Part shown: in pieces, positions 39,073 through 50,100 of the stretch
Position numbering within the stretch: position 1 is the stretch's first letter
Layout of the letters: every line of letters begins with the position of its first letter
Assembly (NCBI GenBank): GCA_030156535.1
Contig: JASGMJ010000005.1
Location: forward strand, 104,930-168,929
DNA length: 64,000 bases
DNA from: Candidatus Sumerlaeota bacterium
Lineage (GTDB): Bacteria; Sumerlaeota; Sumerlaeia; SLMS01; JAHLLQ01
Direction of reading: 5' to 3'
Made by a program: the position numbers and the translations under genes
Notes under the pieces: generated by a model
Told to the model about the DNA's origin: nothing
The model's database searches: none
The model's input: only the letters and a program-made list of their open reading frames with translations

Positions 39073-40463
39073 CTGGAAGCATGACGCCCATGCGACGCAA
39101 GAACTCGCGCCTGCTGGTTATCGAGCTTCGGCCCGGCTGGGTGCGGGCCACCGAATGCCACGCGGGAAACACAACGGACGCTCCATTGCGCTCGGTTATG
39201 GGCGAACTCTCGTGTGATCCCTTTGGGGGCGATCCCGAAACGGCGGGAGCGGAAATTCGTCTCTTGCTGGAACAGGGTGGTCTTCGCCCTGGCGCTGCCA
39301 TCGTCACGGTGCCCATGGCATGGACGATGACGCACGCCTTCGAAGCCCCCGAGCTTTCCGCCGAGGATTTTGCCAGTCTCCTGGAACTCGAAGCAGAAAA
39401 GGCGTTCCCCTACCCGCCGGAGGACATGGTCCTCTCGCAGACGCGCTGCACGCGCGCGGACGCACCGGATATCGCCATTGCCGCGGCCATGCCGACAGCG
39501 AAGCTCGACGCGCTCGAAGCCGTTCTGCGCGCTGCCCACATCGCGCCTTTGGCCATCGTTCCCGCCTGCGTCCATGCACACGGCGAAGCCGCCAATGGCG
39601 TGTCCCTCATCGCCGAAGGGCACGACCTGGTGCTTTGCATCGCGTCGGACGGCGGGTTGCTGGCCCTGCGCGTTCTCTGCAAGATGGAACCCGGCGCGGG
39701 CATCGAGGACGAAGCACTGCGTGCCGACATTCTCAGGGAACTGCGCGTGGCCCTGCGCACGCTGCCCGAGGAATTGGCGGAAGCGAGGACAACCGTTGCG
39801 GTTCACGCGCCGCTGGAACTTGCCGCACGCCTCGCCGAGCAGCTTGGCCCGCAGGCCGGACGCATGGGCATTTCCGTCAAGGCCGTGCCATCGCCACCCG
39901 ACGAAATTGCAAGGAGGCTTTCCGCCGCCGCTTTTGAGGGCCAGGCGTTGACGGTCAATTTCCTCCGTCCCCGCATTACGCGCTGGCAACGGCACCTGGC
40001 ATCAATGCGCCGCAAGGGCTTCGTCGTCCGCGCCGCGATCGTGGGCGCCTCGCTTCTTGCCATAGCCGTGCTCGTCTTCGCCGCACACACGTGGCGGGCA
40101 CGTTATCTCGATGCGAAGTGGCTCGCCATGCGCGACGGCGTTGCCAGCGTCGAAAGCTATGAGAAGGACATCCGCGCATGGCGTCCGTGGAACGATGCGA
40201 GCGCACCAAGCCTCGACCTGCTCAAGAGCATCACCGAGGCCTTTCCGGTATCCGGCGAAGTAACCGCGAGCACGCTGCACATTAAGGACCAAACGACGGT
40301 GACCTGCACGGGCACGGCAACGTCGGCGAGTAGTTTCAGCCGATTCCAGGAAGCGCTCGGCGCACGCCCGGGAGTCTCCAACTTGAAAGTGCAACAAATG
40401 CGGGGAGACTCACCCGTTCAGTTCAGCCTGTCGTTTACGTGGAACCCCAGGGGGAAGACATGA
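39069..40463 (+). CDS. GspL/PilM-PilN-like assembly protein
   Basis: Cytoplasmic domain, 'VNFL.P', TM, periplasmic domain; operon position. Confidence 0.7.
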   Translation: MTGSMTPMRRKNSRLLVIELRPGWVRATECHAGNTTDAPLRSVMGELSCDPFGGDPETAGAEIRLLLEQGGLRPGAAIVTVPMAWTMTHAFEAPELSAEDFASLLELEAEKAFPYPPEDMVLSQTRCTRADAPDIAIAAAMPTAKLDALEAVLRAAHIAPLAIVPACVHAHGEAANGVSLIAEGHDLVLCIASDGGLLALRVLCKMEPGAGIEDEALRADILRELRVALRTLPEELAEARTTVAVHAPLELAARLAEQLGPQAGRMGISVKAVPSPPDEIARRLSAAAFEGQALTVNFLRPRITRWQRHLASMRRKGFVVRAAIVGASLLAIAVLVFAAHTWRARYLDAKWLAMRDGVASVESYEKDIRAWRPWNDASAPSLDLLKSITEAFPVSGEVTASTLHIKDQTTVTCTGTATSASSFSRFQEALGARPGVSNLKVQQMRGDSPVQFSLSFTWNPRGKT

Positions 40464-40993
40464 GAGCGGACAAACGCCGACGGCTTCTGCTGATACTCGC
40501 CGCCTGTGGATTGGGCGTGCTGCTGCTCGACGCAGTTGTCGTGCGACCCTTGCTTGCCATTTGGGACAAGCAGGCGGCGCGCATCGTGCAACGCACGCAG
40601 GACATCGAGCGCGGCACCGCCCTTCTCGAACGAGAGGAAGACATCGCCGCGCGCTGGAAGGAAATGCGCGAGAGTTCGCTTCCCGCCGACACGGCGCGAG
40701 CCGAGGCACTCGTGCTCGATGCCATGACGAAGTGGGCGTCAGCCAGCGGCCTGAGCATTTCAAGCGTCCGCCCCCGGTGGGTCGAGATGAAGGACGTGGG
40801 CGACCGCTTCGAGATTCGCCTCTCGGCGGAAGGCGACATCGCGGCGCTGACGCGCTTTCTCTTTGAACTGGAAACCGCCAAGCTCCCGCTCTATCTCGAC
40901 GAAACACAGATTCGCGCACGCGACGAAAACGGCAGGAGCCTGGGAGTGGATCTCGTTTTCTCCGCGCTGCGCATCGAGGGGGCAAATACATGA
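40460..40993 (+). CDS. GspM/PilO-like protein
   Basis: N-terminal TM, coiled coil, 'G...LTRFLFELE'. Confidence 0.7.
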   Translation: MRADKRRRLLLILAACGLGVLLLDAVVVRPLLAIWDKQAARIVQRTQDIERGTALLEREEDIAARWKEMRESSLPADTARAEALVLDAMTKWASASGLSISSVRPRWVEMKDVGDRFEIRLSAEGDIAALTRFLFELETAKLPLYLDETQIRARDENGRSLGVDLVFSALRIEGANT

Positions 40994-41535
40994 AGCGCCG
41001 AAACCTCGCCGTTCTTGTCCTTGCACTGATCGCGTTCTCCGGCCTGCTGGCTGCGCAGTCGGGCACAACGAAGAATGCCTCATCAGGCACGACCCTATCG
41101 CTCGATACGTACAGCATCATCATCGAGCGCAACATCTTCAACCCCACGCGCCGCGCTCCCAGTTCACGTCCCGCACCGCCCGTCTCAAGGGCTCCGGCCG
41201 TCACGACGATCACGCTGATCGGTGCCGTCGTGAAGGAGGACGAGCGGACGGCGATCTTCTCGTCCGCCGTCACCGAGCACGCGGGGCATCGCAAGACGGG
41301 CGACAGCATCGCGGGCTTTACCATCGAATCCATCGACACGAAGGGCGTCACCATCTCGATCGACGGCGATACGAAGCTCTGGGCCGTTGGCTCGATCCTC
41401 CGCCGCATCGACGACGGCGACTGGTACCTCCCCCAGGCCGCCGGTGCCGCCACGGACATCACGAAAGACCCAGCCGCGGAAGCGGCCATTCTGAAACGCA
41501 TGCGCGAACGCCGCGAGCAGGAGAAGGCAAAATGA
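40990..41535 (+). CDS. GspC/PilP-like protein
   Basis: 'RNIFNP', 'TLIG', 'GDSIAGFTIESI' HR-domain pattern. Confidence 0.65.
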   Translation: MKRRNLAVLVLALIAFSGLLAAQSGTTKNASSGTTLSLDTYSIIIERNIFNPTRRAPSSRPAPPVSRAPAVTTITLIGAVVKEDERTAIFSSAVTEHAGHRKTGDSIAGFTIESIDTKGVTISIDGDTKLWAVGSILRRIDDGDWYLPQAAGAATDITKDPAAEAAILKRMRERREQEKAK

Positions 41536-42998
41536 CCACCCGACGCCACATTGCCGGTTTGCTGATGATCGGTTTTCTCGCCACGGCTTCACTGGCGGCC
41601 CAGGAACCCGACACCACCACCGGGATACTCGGCACCACCGAGGCATCCCCCGATACCACGACGCCACAGACAGCTGAAATCAGCTTCAACTTCCGCGGCG
41701 CCACCATCGACACCGTGCTCGACTACCTCAGTGAGGCCGCGGGGTTTGCCGTCGTCACCACGGTTCCGCTCAGCGGAACCATCGACGTCATCAGCCACCG
41801 TCCCCTCAATCCCGAGGAGTCGCTCGAACTCGTGACGACGATCCTTCACGAGAAGGGCTATGCGGCGTTGAGATCGGGGAACACGCTGACCATCGTCAGC
41901 CGCGAGGATGCCAAGCAGCGCGACATTCCCGTGCGCCAGGGCTCGGACCCGTTGACCATTCCGAAAAACGACGAAATGGTGACGCAGATCATTCCGATCC
42001 GCTACAGCCAGGCATCCGAACTCGTCGAGAACCTGCGCCCCCTCCTGCCGTCCTACTCCACGATCTCGGCCAACGAGGGAAGCAACGCGATCCTGCTGAC
42101 GGACACGCAGGCGAACATCCGCCGCGTCGCTGAGATTATCACGGCACTCGACAAGTCCTTCAGCGAGATCACCACCGTGAAAGTCTTCCAGCTTCGTCAT
42201 GCCGATGCCAAGGAGACCGCAACTCTCATCACCGAACTCTTCGAGCAGGAAACGACGAGCGGCAGTAGCAGCAACAGCCGCCAGCTTCCGCCGTTCTTCC
42301 GGCGCGGGGGCGACGACGGCGACAGGCAGAGCAGCAGTAGCACCCAGAATGCCGTCGTCCAGGCATCCTCGCGCGTGACTGCAACCGCCGACGAACGCAC
42401 CAACTCCCTCGTCGTCGCGGCGCCTCCGCAACTCATCACGACCATCGAGGAGCTTATCGCCACCCTCGATCTTTCCACGGAAATCCTCACCGAGGTGCGC
42501 GTCTTCCCCCTGAAGTACGCCGACGCCGAGGAGATGGCGGACGTCATCACGGAGATCTTCGCGGCCGATTCCACCACACAATCCACCACGAACTCCCGCA
42601 GCAATGTGCGCATCGGCTTTCGTGGGCCAGGGGGGAGAGCTCCGGGAGGAAACACCGTAAGCAACAGCGAGCAGAGTGAACGCGAGCAGGAATCCGCCAC
42701 CGTCCTCGCCGTCGCCGACACGCGCACCAACAGCGTCGTCGTCAGCGCCGTCAGCGATGTGCTGACCCAGATCGCCGGCGTCGTCCATGAACTCGACCGC
42801 GATCCCGCCGGCACGAAGAAGGTCTACGTCTATTCCCTGAAGAACGCCAACCCCGAGGAAGTTTCCGAGCTCCTCGACGAAATGTTCGGCAGCACCAGCA
42901 GCTCCAGCAGCTCACGAACAAGTACGAGCAACACCAGCTCCCGCAACACCACGAACACCACCAACACAAACCGCAATACGAACACAACCAACCGCTAA
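41532..42998 (+). CDS. gspD: Secretin N-terminal domains only (GspD part 1)
   Basis: Signal peptide, N0 'FNFRGATI', N-domain repeats ('TNSLVV'); ends in a Ser/Thr/Asn tract partway through an N domain. Confidence 0.85.
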   Translation: MTTRRHIAGLLMIGFLATASLAAQEPDTTTGILGTTEASPDTTTPQTAEISFNFRGATIDTVLDYLSEAAGFAVVTTVPLSGTIDVISHRPLNPEESLELVTTILHEKGYAALRSGNTLTIVSREDAKQRDIPVRQGSDPLTIPKNDEMVTQIIPIRYSQASELVENLRPLLPSYSTISANEGSNAILLTDTQANIRRVAEIITALDKSFSEITTVKVFQLRHADAKETATLITELFEQETTSGSSSNSRQLPPFFRRGGDDGDRQSSSSTQNAVVQASSRVTATADERTNSLVVAAPPQLITTIEELIATLDLSTEILTEVRVFPLKYADAEEMADVITEIFAADSTTQSTTNSRSNVRIGFRGPGGRAPGGNTVSNSEQSEREQESATVLAVADTRTNSVVVSAVSDVLTQIAGVVHELDRDPAGTKKVYVYSLKNANPEEVSELLDEMFGSTSSSSSSRTSTSNTSSRNTTNTTNTNRNTNTTNR

Positions 42999-43030
42999 AC
43001 ATGCCGCCAGAAACGCGAGGAACAGACATC

Positions 43031-44080
43031 ATGGCCAGCATCCGCTCCGTACTCCAACCCGCCCTCTGCACCACTGCCCTTCTTCTTGCGGGCACACTGG
43101 CATCGGCTCAGGAGCCCACCTTGGAACCTTCCGGGGTGCGCGGCAATCTCGGCACCAACCTCAGCGGCGATACCATTGTGCGCTACGACCTCGAAACGGA
43201 CTCGATCATCGTCATCACCGACGAGGAAACAAATGCACAGATCGCCTCGCTGATCGAAACGCTCGATCGCCCCGTTCCCCAGGTTCTCATCAAGGTGCTC
43301 TTCCTCGAAGTCACACACACGGACGACCTCGATCTTGGAGTCGAAGCCAGTTACTCGTTCGACGCTGGGACCGACTCGCTGCTCACGGATTTCGGAGTCG
43401 CCAGCGCCTCGCGCGGCGGCTTCCTCAAAATCATCGAGGACGACCTCAGCGTCACGCTCCGCGCCCTTGCCGGTCAGGGGAAACTTGAAGTCCTCTCGCG
43501 CCCCTCTGTCATCGCGCGGAACAATGAACTCGCGACGATCACCATCGGCCAGGAAGTCCCCTTCATCCGCAACTCCCGCGTCACCGACAGCGGCCAGACG
43601 ATCAACACGATCGAGTACGAGGACATCGGCATCATCCTGGAAGTGACGCCACACATCACGCCCGACCGCCTGGTCGAAATGGAAGTTGCTCCGGAGATCT
43701 CGACGCTGACCAGCGAGTCCGTCGCCATTACCGACACAACCGATGCCCGGGTGATTGCCAAGCGCTCGGCGAGCACCCGCGTCGTCGTCGCCGACGGAAA
43801 GACCGTTGTCATCGGCGGGCTGATGGAGGACAATATGACTGAGTCTGTCTCCAAGGTCCCCCTGCTCGGCGACATTCCCCTTGTCGGTGCCCTCTTTCGC
43901 AGGACGATCAAGGAGAAGAGCAAGACGGAGCTTCTGATCTTCCTGACGCCGACGGTGGTGACGGGGGTCGAAGATCTGGAGACGCTGACCGATTCAGAGC
44001 GCGCGCAGTTCGACATCGTTCCCACCGCCTTCGATGGCGTTGACATGCCGGACTACCTCCCTCCGCTGCCCGAGGATTGA
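43031..44080 (+). CDS. gspD: Secretin beta-barrel domain with its own signal peptide (GspD part 2)
   Basis: GAGG RBS, MASIRSVLQPALCTTALLLAGTLASA|QEP, 'QVLIKV', 'VLSRP', 'IGGL', 'KVPLLGDIPLVGALFR', 'ELLIFLTP'. Confidence 0.9.
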   Translation: MASIRSVLQPALCTTALLLAGTLASAQEPTLEPSGVRGNLGTNLSGDTIVRYDLETDSIIVITDEETNAQIASLIETLDRPVPQVLIKVLFLEVTHTDDLDLGVEASYSFDAGTDSLLTDFGVASASRGGFLKIIEDDLSVTLRALAGQGKLEVLSRPSVIARNNELATITIGQEVPFIRNSRVTDSGQTINTIEYEDIGIILEVTPHITPDRLVEMEVAPEISTLTSESVAITDTTDARVIAKRSASTRVVVADGKTVVIGGLMEDNMTESVSKVPLLGDIPLVGALFRRTIKEKSKTELLIFLTPTVVTGVEDLETLTDSERAQFDIVPTAFDGVDMPDYLPPLPED

Positions 44081-44083
44081 CGC

Positions 44084-45568
44084 ATGGTGCACGCCGAGCC
44101 CAAGGAACGTTTGCTCTGGCCCATCCGCATCGGCCTCGCCGGCGTCTGGATCGGCATCGTCGTCCTTCTGGCCGTCGAATACGGCCGCGTGCGCGAGCAG
44201 GCGCGCGACAACCTGCTCCAGCGTGCCCGCGACATCAGTGATACGATCGCCCTCATCAGCCGCTCGGGCCGCATCGGCATGATCCGCGAGGATCGCCTGA
44301 AGGCCACCCTCGATGAGCTCGTTCGCGGCGAACTCCTGCGCTCCGTGATGCTTGTCAACGCCCTGGGCGAAACGGTTGTCGCGGCTGGAGAGCCCGGCGC
44401 CAGCCCCCCCCAACTCCCTCACTCGGGCGTCCGATGGGAGCCCGACCGCGTCATCGTGACCAACGTCGTGGACCTCGGTGCCGACGAGGCCAGCGACTCG
44501 CGCCCGCGCAACCCGACCATCGTCATCCCTGAGTCCAAGGACGACGAGCGCATACGCCCTCCCCGTCCCGAGGATGCCCCCACGTCGCCGACTACCGAGG
44601 CGCCGCCACCGGGCGACGGAGGATGGGATCGCAAGCGCCATCCGTTTGGCCGCCCTCCCTGGATTTCCGAATCAGAGTTCCGCGATCTGATTGAACGCCG
44701 CGGCGTTCACGGTTTCGTCCTGACGCTGAATACGGCGGGCATGAACCGCGAACTGAACCGCGATCTCCGGATGCGCACGCTGCTCGCGTTTGTCGCGTTG
44801 CTTGCCGTCGGCGGCATTGGCGTCGCTGTCTCCTCCTGGAGCCGGTTCAACCGTCTGCTTCTCCGGCTTGTCCGCAGCCAGCAGCAGAACGAGCACCTGA
44901 AGGAAATGAACCTGGCCGCCGCTGGCCTTGCCCACGAAACGCGCAATCCCCTGAATCTGATTCGGGGCCTGGCACAGACAATGGCCCAGCAGGAAGACAC
45001 CTCGCCGGAGACCCGCGACCGCTCGCGCCAGATCGTCGAGGAACTCGACAGAGTCACTTACCGCCTCAATGAGTTCATCCGCTACTCCAAGCCGCCGCAG
45101 CCACGCCTCGCGCCTGTCGATCCCTCAGCCGTCGCGGAGAACGTGCGCGATGCCCTGGCCGCGGACCTCGAAGAGAGACACGCAGCCATCCGCTTCGAAG
45201 GCGGCCCCGCAACCGTCGAGGCCGACGAGATGCTCCTGCGCCAGTTGCTCTTCAACCTGTTGCTCAACGCTGTCCAGGCCGTGGGCGAGGAGGGTGAAAT
45301 CGTCGTGACAACGAAGCAGCAGGCGGACCGCACTCTCACGCTCTCCGTCGAAGACAACGGTCCCGGGGTCCCGGCGGAACTGCGCGACGAAATCTTCCGT
45401 CCCTACATGACAACGAACGCCGCGGGGAGCGGCCTTGGCCTTGCCGTGGTCCGCCAGATTTGCGCTGCCCACGACTGGCGAATTGTGTGTACGGAATCGG
45501 CACTGGGCGGCGCGTGCTTCACCGTCAGCGCCATGCGGCCGGGTGGGAAGGCGAGTCCGGCTTCATGA
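44084..45568 (+). CDS. Sensor histidine kinase (ZraS/AtoS-like)
   Basis: 2 TMs, 'AHETRNPL', N box, 'DNGPG', 'GSGLGL'. Confidence 0.93.
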   Translation: MVHAEPKERLLWPIRIGLAGVWIGIVVLLAVEYGRVREQARDNLLQRARDISDTIALISRSGRIGMIREDRLKATLDELVRGELLRSVMLVNALGETVVAAGEPGASPPQLPHSGVRWEPDRVIVTNVVDLGADEASDSRPRNPTIVIPESKDDERIRPPRPEDAPTSPTTEAPPPGDGGWDRKRHPFGRPPWISESEFRDLIERRGVHGFVLTLNTAGMNRELNRDLRMRTLLAFVALLAVGGIGVAVSSWSRFNRLLLRLVRSQQQNEHLKEMNLAAAGLAHETRNPLNLIRGLAQTMAQQEDTSPETRDRSRQIVEELDRVTYRLNEFIRYSKPPQPRLAPVDPSAVAENVRDALAADLEERHAAIRFEGGPATVEADEMLLRQLLFNLLLNAVQAVGEEGEIVVTTKQQADRTLTLSVEDNGPGVPAELRDEIFRPYMTTNAAGSGLGLAVVRQICAAHDWRIVCTESALGGACFTVSAMRPGGKASPAS

Positions 45569-46932
45569 CCACACCTGCCCCTCCCAAAGTTCTTGTCGTC
45601 GACGACGACGCTGGCAATCGCCGCCTGCTGTCCGGGTGCCTGACGCATCACGGCTACGAGGTCGTTCAGGCCACCGACGGCGAGAATGCCCTCGAAGTGT
45701 TGCGCTCAACTCCTGCCAGCCTGGTTGTCTCTGACATTCGAATGCCACGCATGACGGGGCTCGATCTTCTGCACGCCCTGCGCGATGCCGGCTCCGGCGT
45801 TCCCGTGCTCCTCGTCACGGCCTACCCCGACGTGCGCGATGCCGTCGGCGCCATGCGCGACGGCGCCGTGAACTACCTGGAGAAGCCGATCGACCTCGAC
45901 GAGTTCCTCGCGTCGGTGCGCAATGCCCTGAAGACGCCAGCCGGCGCGGCGCCCGCCTCGGATTTGAGTGCGCTCGTGCCGCCCCATGGCATGATCGCCG
46001 AGAGCCCCGCCATGAAGGCCATCCTGCGCGACATCGCGATCGCCGGGCCGTCGGACTCGCGCGTGTTGCTCACGGGCGAGAGCGGCACGGGGAAGGAAGT
46101 TGTGGCCGACGCGCTGCATGCGGCCAGCCCGCGCGCCTCCGCGCCCTTCATCAAGGTCAACTGCGCCGCGATTCCCGAGCACCTTCTCGAAAGCGAGCTC
46201 TACGGCCACGAGAAGGGGGCGTTCACGGGAGCCGTGGCGCGCCGCATTGGTGTCTTCGAGGAAGCCCGCGGGGGCACGATCCTGCTCGACGAAATCGCGG
46301 AGATGCCCGCCTCGCTCCAGGCCAAGCTTCTGCGTGTGATTCAGGACGGCACTTTTCGCCGGATCGGCGGCTCGCAAACGCTCCAGACCGACGTGCGCCT
46401 GCTCGCCTCCACCAACCGCGATCTCGAGCAGGAAATGAGCGCGGGGCGCTTTCGCGAGGATCTCTTCTTCCGCCTCAACGTCTTCGAGATCCATCTGCCG
46501 CGCCTGCGCGACCGCCCCGAGGACATCGTCCCGCTGGCCACCCATTACGCCTCGCAGTTTCTCGGCGCCCGGGTACGCTTCTCCCCCGCCGCGATGGCGT
46601 TGCTGTGCACCTACACTTGGCCAGGCAATGTGCGTGAGCTGCGCAACGCGATGGAGCGCGCCGTGCTTCTCTCGCGCAGCGAAGTCATCATCCCGGAACA
46701 CCTGCCGCCACGCCTGCGCAGCGCCGCTCCTCCAGCGGACGAGCCTGCTCCGTCCGAGTCGTCCGGTGGCGTCATGGCCGAGGTCGAGCGCTCGGTGATT
46801 CTGGAGACCCTACGCAACAACCGGTTCAACCGCTCGGAGACGGCCCGCGCGCTCGGCATCAGCCGCCGCGCCCTGATCTACAAGCTGCAACGCTTCCGCG
46901 AGCAGGGCCACGCCGTGGATGAGGGAATGTGA
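45565..46932 (+). CDS. Sigma54-dependent response regulator (NtrC/ZraR family)
   Basis: REC domain, [14 protein letters not shown], 'WPGNVREL', Fis-type HTH. Confidence 0.96.
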   Translation: MTTPAPPKVLVVDDDAGNRRLLSGCLTHHGYEVVQATDGENALEVLRSTPASLVVSDIRMPRMTGLDLLHALRDAGSGVPVLLVTAYPDVRDAVGAMRDGAVNYLEKPIDLDEFLASVRNALKTPAGAAPASDLSALVPPHGMIAESPAMKAILRDIAIAGPSDSRVLLTGESGTGKEVVADALHAASPRASAPFIKVNCAAIPEHLLESELYGHEKGAFTGAVARRIGVFEEARGGTILLDEIAEMPASLQAKLLRVIQDGTFRRIGGSQTLQTDVRLLASTNRDLEQEMSAGRFREDLFFRLNVFEIHLPRLRDRPEDIVPLATHYASQFLGARVRFSPAAMALLCTYTWPGNVRELRNAMERAVLLSRSEVIIPEHLPPRLRSAAPPADEPAPSESSGGVMAEVERSVILETLRNNRFNRSETARALGISRRALIYKLQRFREQGHAVDEGM

Positions 46933-47133
46933 GAGCGGTTCGGGGTTCGTGAGGGGCGCCCTCCTCGCAGTCATCCCTTCGTGCCAGATCATGTGATTCG
47001 CGGCCCCATTCTCATCGACTCGCAAATAAGTGTTTCCAAACTCTTTGAACTTTGAGTTGGCGGACAACTTCAAAAGTCCCATGCTTTGAGTTGCAGGGTG
47101 GCAAGAACGCCGTCCTGGGGGAAACTCTTGGGG

Positions 47134-50100
47134 ATGCCTGATCGCATGAGCTGGGCTGGACAAACCTTAGCCGCCGGGATGCTGGCGGCGGCCTTCGGCG
47201 CGAGCGCGGCAGCGCAGCCCGCCGGCAATGCCTATCTGATCAAGGATTTCGCACCCGGCCCGGACCCGGAGCTGCGCGCCGCCAGCCACGGCCCCCTGGA
47301 GGGCATGGCCCACCGCGGAAAGTTCTACTTCGAGGGTTCCTACACGCCAACGTATGATGAGGGAGTGGGCGGCACGAGCATCTATCCCGGCATGTTGGTC
47401 GTCAGCGATGGAACAACCTACGGAACACTGCCGCTGAAGACGATGGACAACCTGCGCTTTCTTGGTCCGCTGGGCGACCATGTGGTCTTCGCGGACTCGG
47501 ATTTTGGCGCGGAAACGGGACGGCGCATTAACGTCACCGACGGATCGGTCAAGAATACGAAGGAACTTCGCCTGATCCGCGACGCCGTGGAAATCCTGCC
47601 GGGGATGGAGGCGGGCGGATGGTACTACTTCTTCGCTCTCTTCGAGGATGGACGCACCGAATTGTGGCAGACCGACGGAACCGTGGACGGAACGAGGAGC
47701 GCGCAGGCGCTGCTGCCGCCGGGATACACGGCCGACGCTTCGGTGCCGATTGCGGGCTGGGACGCGAGCCAGTTGCTGCTTCTGGCGCACGACGCGAATG
47801 GCGTTGGGAATCTGGTGCTGGTCAATGGCGGAACCCAGAGCGCGCGGCGCATCTTCTCCGACAACTTCCTGGCAACATTTGGCGCACCGGATGACTTCGT
47901 GGTGGCCGACGGCACGATTCTCTACCGCTCGGGCCGCCGGTTCTTCTCCAGCGACGGCACCGAAACGTTCACCCAGATCGTGGGAGACCTCCCGCTCATG
48001 GAAGGAGCATCGGAGGAAATCCGCCTGATTCCGGCGGACACGCGCTTCTTCCTGCTGACGAACTTCACCAGCTCGTTCTACGAAGTCTGGTCCACCGATG
48101 GATCACCCGGGAGCCTGGGGCTCGCACGGCGTCTCGACTGGTCGTGGAGCGGCGCGCCGACCATTGGCGAGACGGCCACATGGAACGACAAGCTGTACTT
48201 CACAGAGTCCGGGCTCCCTTCCTCGTCGGGGAGCGAACGCCGCGGCAAACTCTGGGTCTCGGATGGCACAACACTGGGGACTTTCGAGCTCTGGGCCCAG
48301 TTGCGCGAGATCGATGGTCTGCTGGCGACGACACGCGGTGTGATCTTCGGCGTGGACCAGAGCGCGGGGCCACCCGGGCTCTACATCACGCAGGGCGTGG
48401 CGGGCGAAACAGAGAACCTGCGTCCCGGCTACTGGCGGCCGCTGGCGGAAACCGATTCCGACGGCGTGCCCGGCGGCGAGCGTCTCTTCCTCACCGGCAA
48501 ACAGTTCACCGACACGACCTATGGCCGCGAACTCTGGGTGTCGGACTGGACGGATTACGGCTGGTATCTGCCCAAAGACCTCTCGGCCTCGGGGCGCACG
48601 TCCGTTGCCTTCAACCCTCTTGGCGCGTTTGGCCGGTACGTCTTCTTCAACGACGGTTACCAGGGACACGTCTGGATCACCGACGGCACGGAGGCAGGAA
48701 CGCAACCCATCGGCAGCATCCTCGGCGACTTCTATATCAACATGGCCGGCGATTTGGACATCGTGGCCGAGGAACTTCAGGCCATTTTGCACGGCGATCT
48801 TCTGATCATTTATGTGCGTGGAATCATGTGCACCAACGACGAGTGCTGTGGAGACGGCCCGGATGAGGACCAATCGTTACTCGACTTTCTGAACGACCTT
48901 CTCGAAGACGATGAATGCAAGGATGCAATGAAATACGTGACGAGCGTCTGGAGAACCGATGGAACCCTGGCGGGCACTTACTCAACGGGAGTCATTGAGA
49001 ACGAATGGCTCTGGTTTCCCACCACGTTCAACCACCGGATCATGCTCTACGCTCAGGCGTTCATCGACCACGACACGGAGCCTCCGACGATCTATCCGCC
49101 GGGCCTTTGGGCCAGCACGGGCACGCGGGCAACGACCAGTGAAGTCCGAACGTTCCCCTGCAACGCCGAAAACGTCGCCGACAAGGGAGTCAGCCCCTTT
49201 GGCACCGTCCTCGGCGAGGCCTGCTCCGCCGAGTTCATCCCACTCGGAAACACTTCCTCGCACTTCTTCTTCTCGCTCCGCGAACCGATCTACGAAAACG
49301 ACCCCACGCAGGACAGGCAACTGTGGGTGTCCGACACCACGGCCACCGGTACGTTCCCGCTGGTGCCGCTGCTGACGGCCGACGGAATTTCGGAAACGAT
49401 CCATCTGACGGGTGCAACGTATCAGGACAAGTTCTTCTTCTCCCCCACCATCATGCCCCCCGTCGGCTCGGGAAGTGTTCCTCTGGTCGAAGGCGAACTT
49501 TGGGAGACCAACGGCACGATGGCGGGAACGCAGCGCATGACGGTTGTGCAGTGGGAGGGGCAGGACCAGGCAATTCGCAACCTGACGAAAGCGGGGAACT
49601 ACCTCTTCTTCACGGGCAACGGCGGAGAACTCTGGGTGTCGGATGGAACGGATCTGTTCACGCTGCCGATGACGTACATCACGGGCCGCGAGTCCGTGCA
49701 CGCGGACGCGTTGCTCGGCGAAGTCAACGGCCGCCTGGTTTTCTCCAGCGACGGCAATCTGTGGTCCACCGACGGCACGAAGTTCGGAACGATGCGCCTG
49801 CCCGACGCCGTACGCGGCCCGGAGACCGCACCCATTCAGGAGTTCACACCCATCAAGGACAAACCCTTTGCCATGTTCAGTTCCGGCACGGCGGCCACCG
49901 GTCTGGAAATGTGGTACACTGACGCCACGGCATCGGGAACGTATCCGGTCTTCGAGATGACCCCGGGGCCGTACTCCTCGCATCCGCGCAGCTACGTGGG
50001 GGCGCTGGGCAACGTGTACTTCCAGGCCTCCACACCGGAAGGCGGAAACGAACTCTGGCAACTCTCAACAAGCCAGATCAAGAAACCGGCGAGCAGCGGC

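Noticed and set aside
42900..43110. gspD as a simple frameshifted pseudogene
   Set aside because: The second part has its own RBS and a well-formed signal peptide, which a random indel would not produce. Read-level confirmation is still needed.
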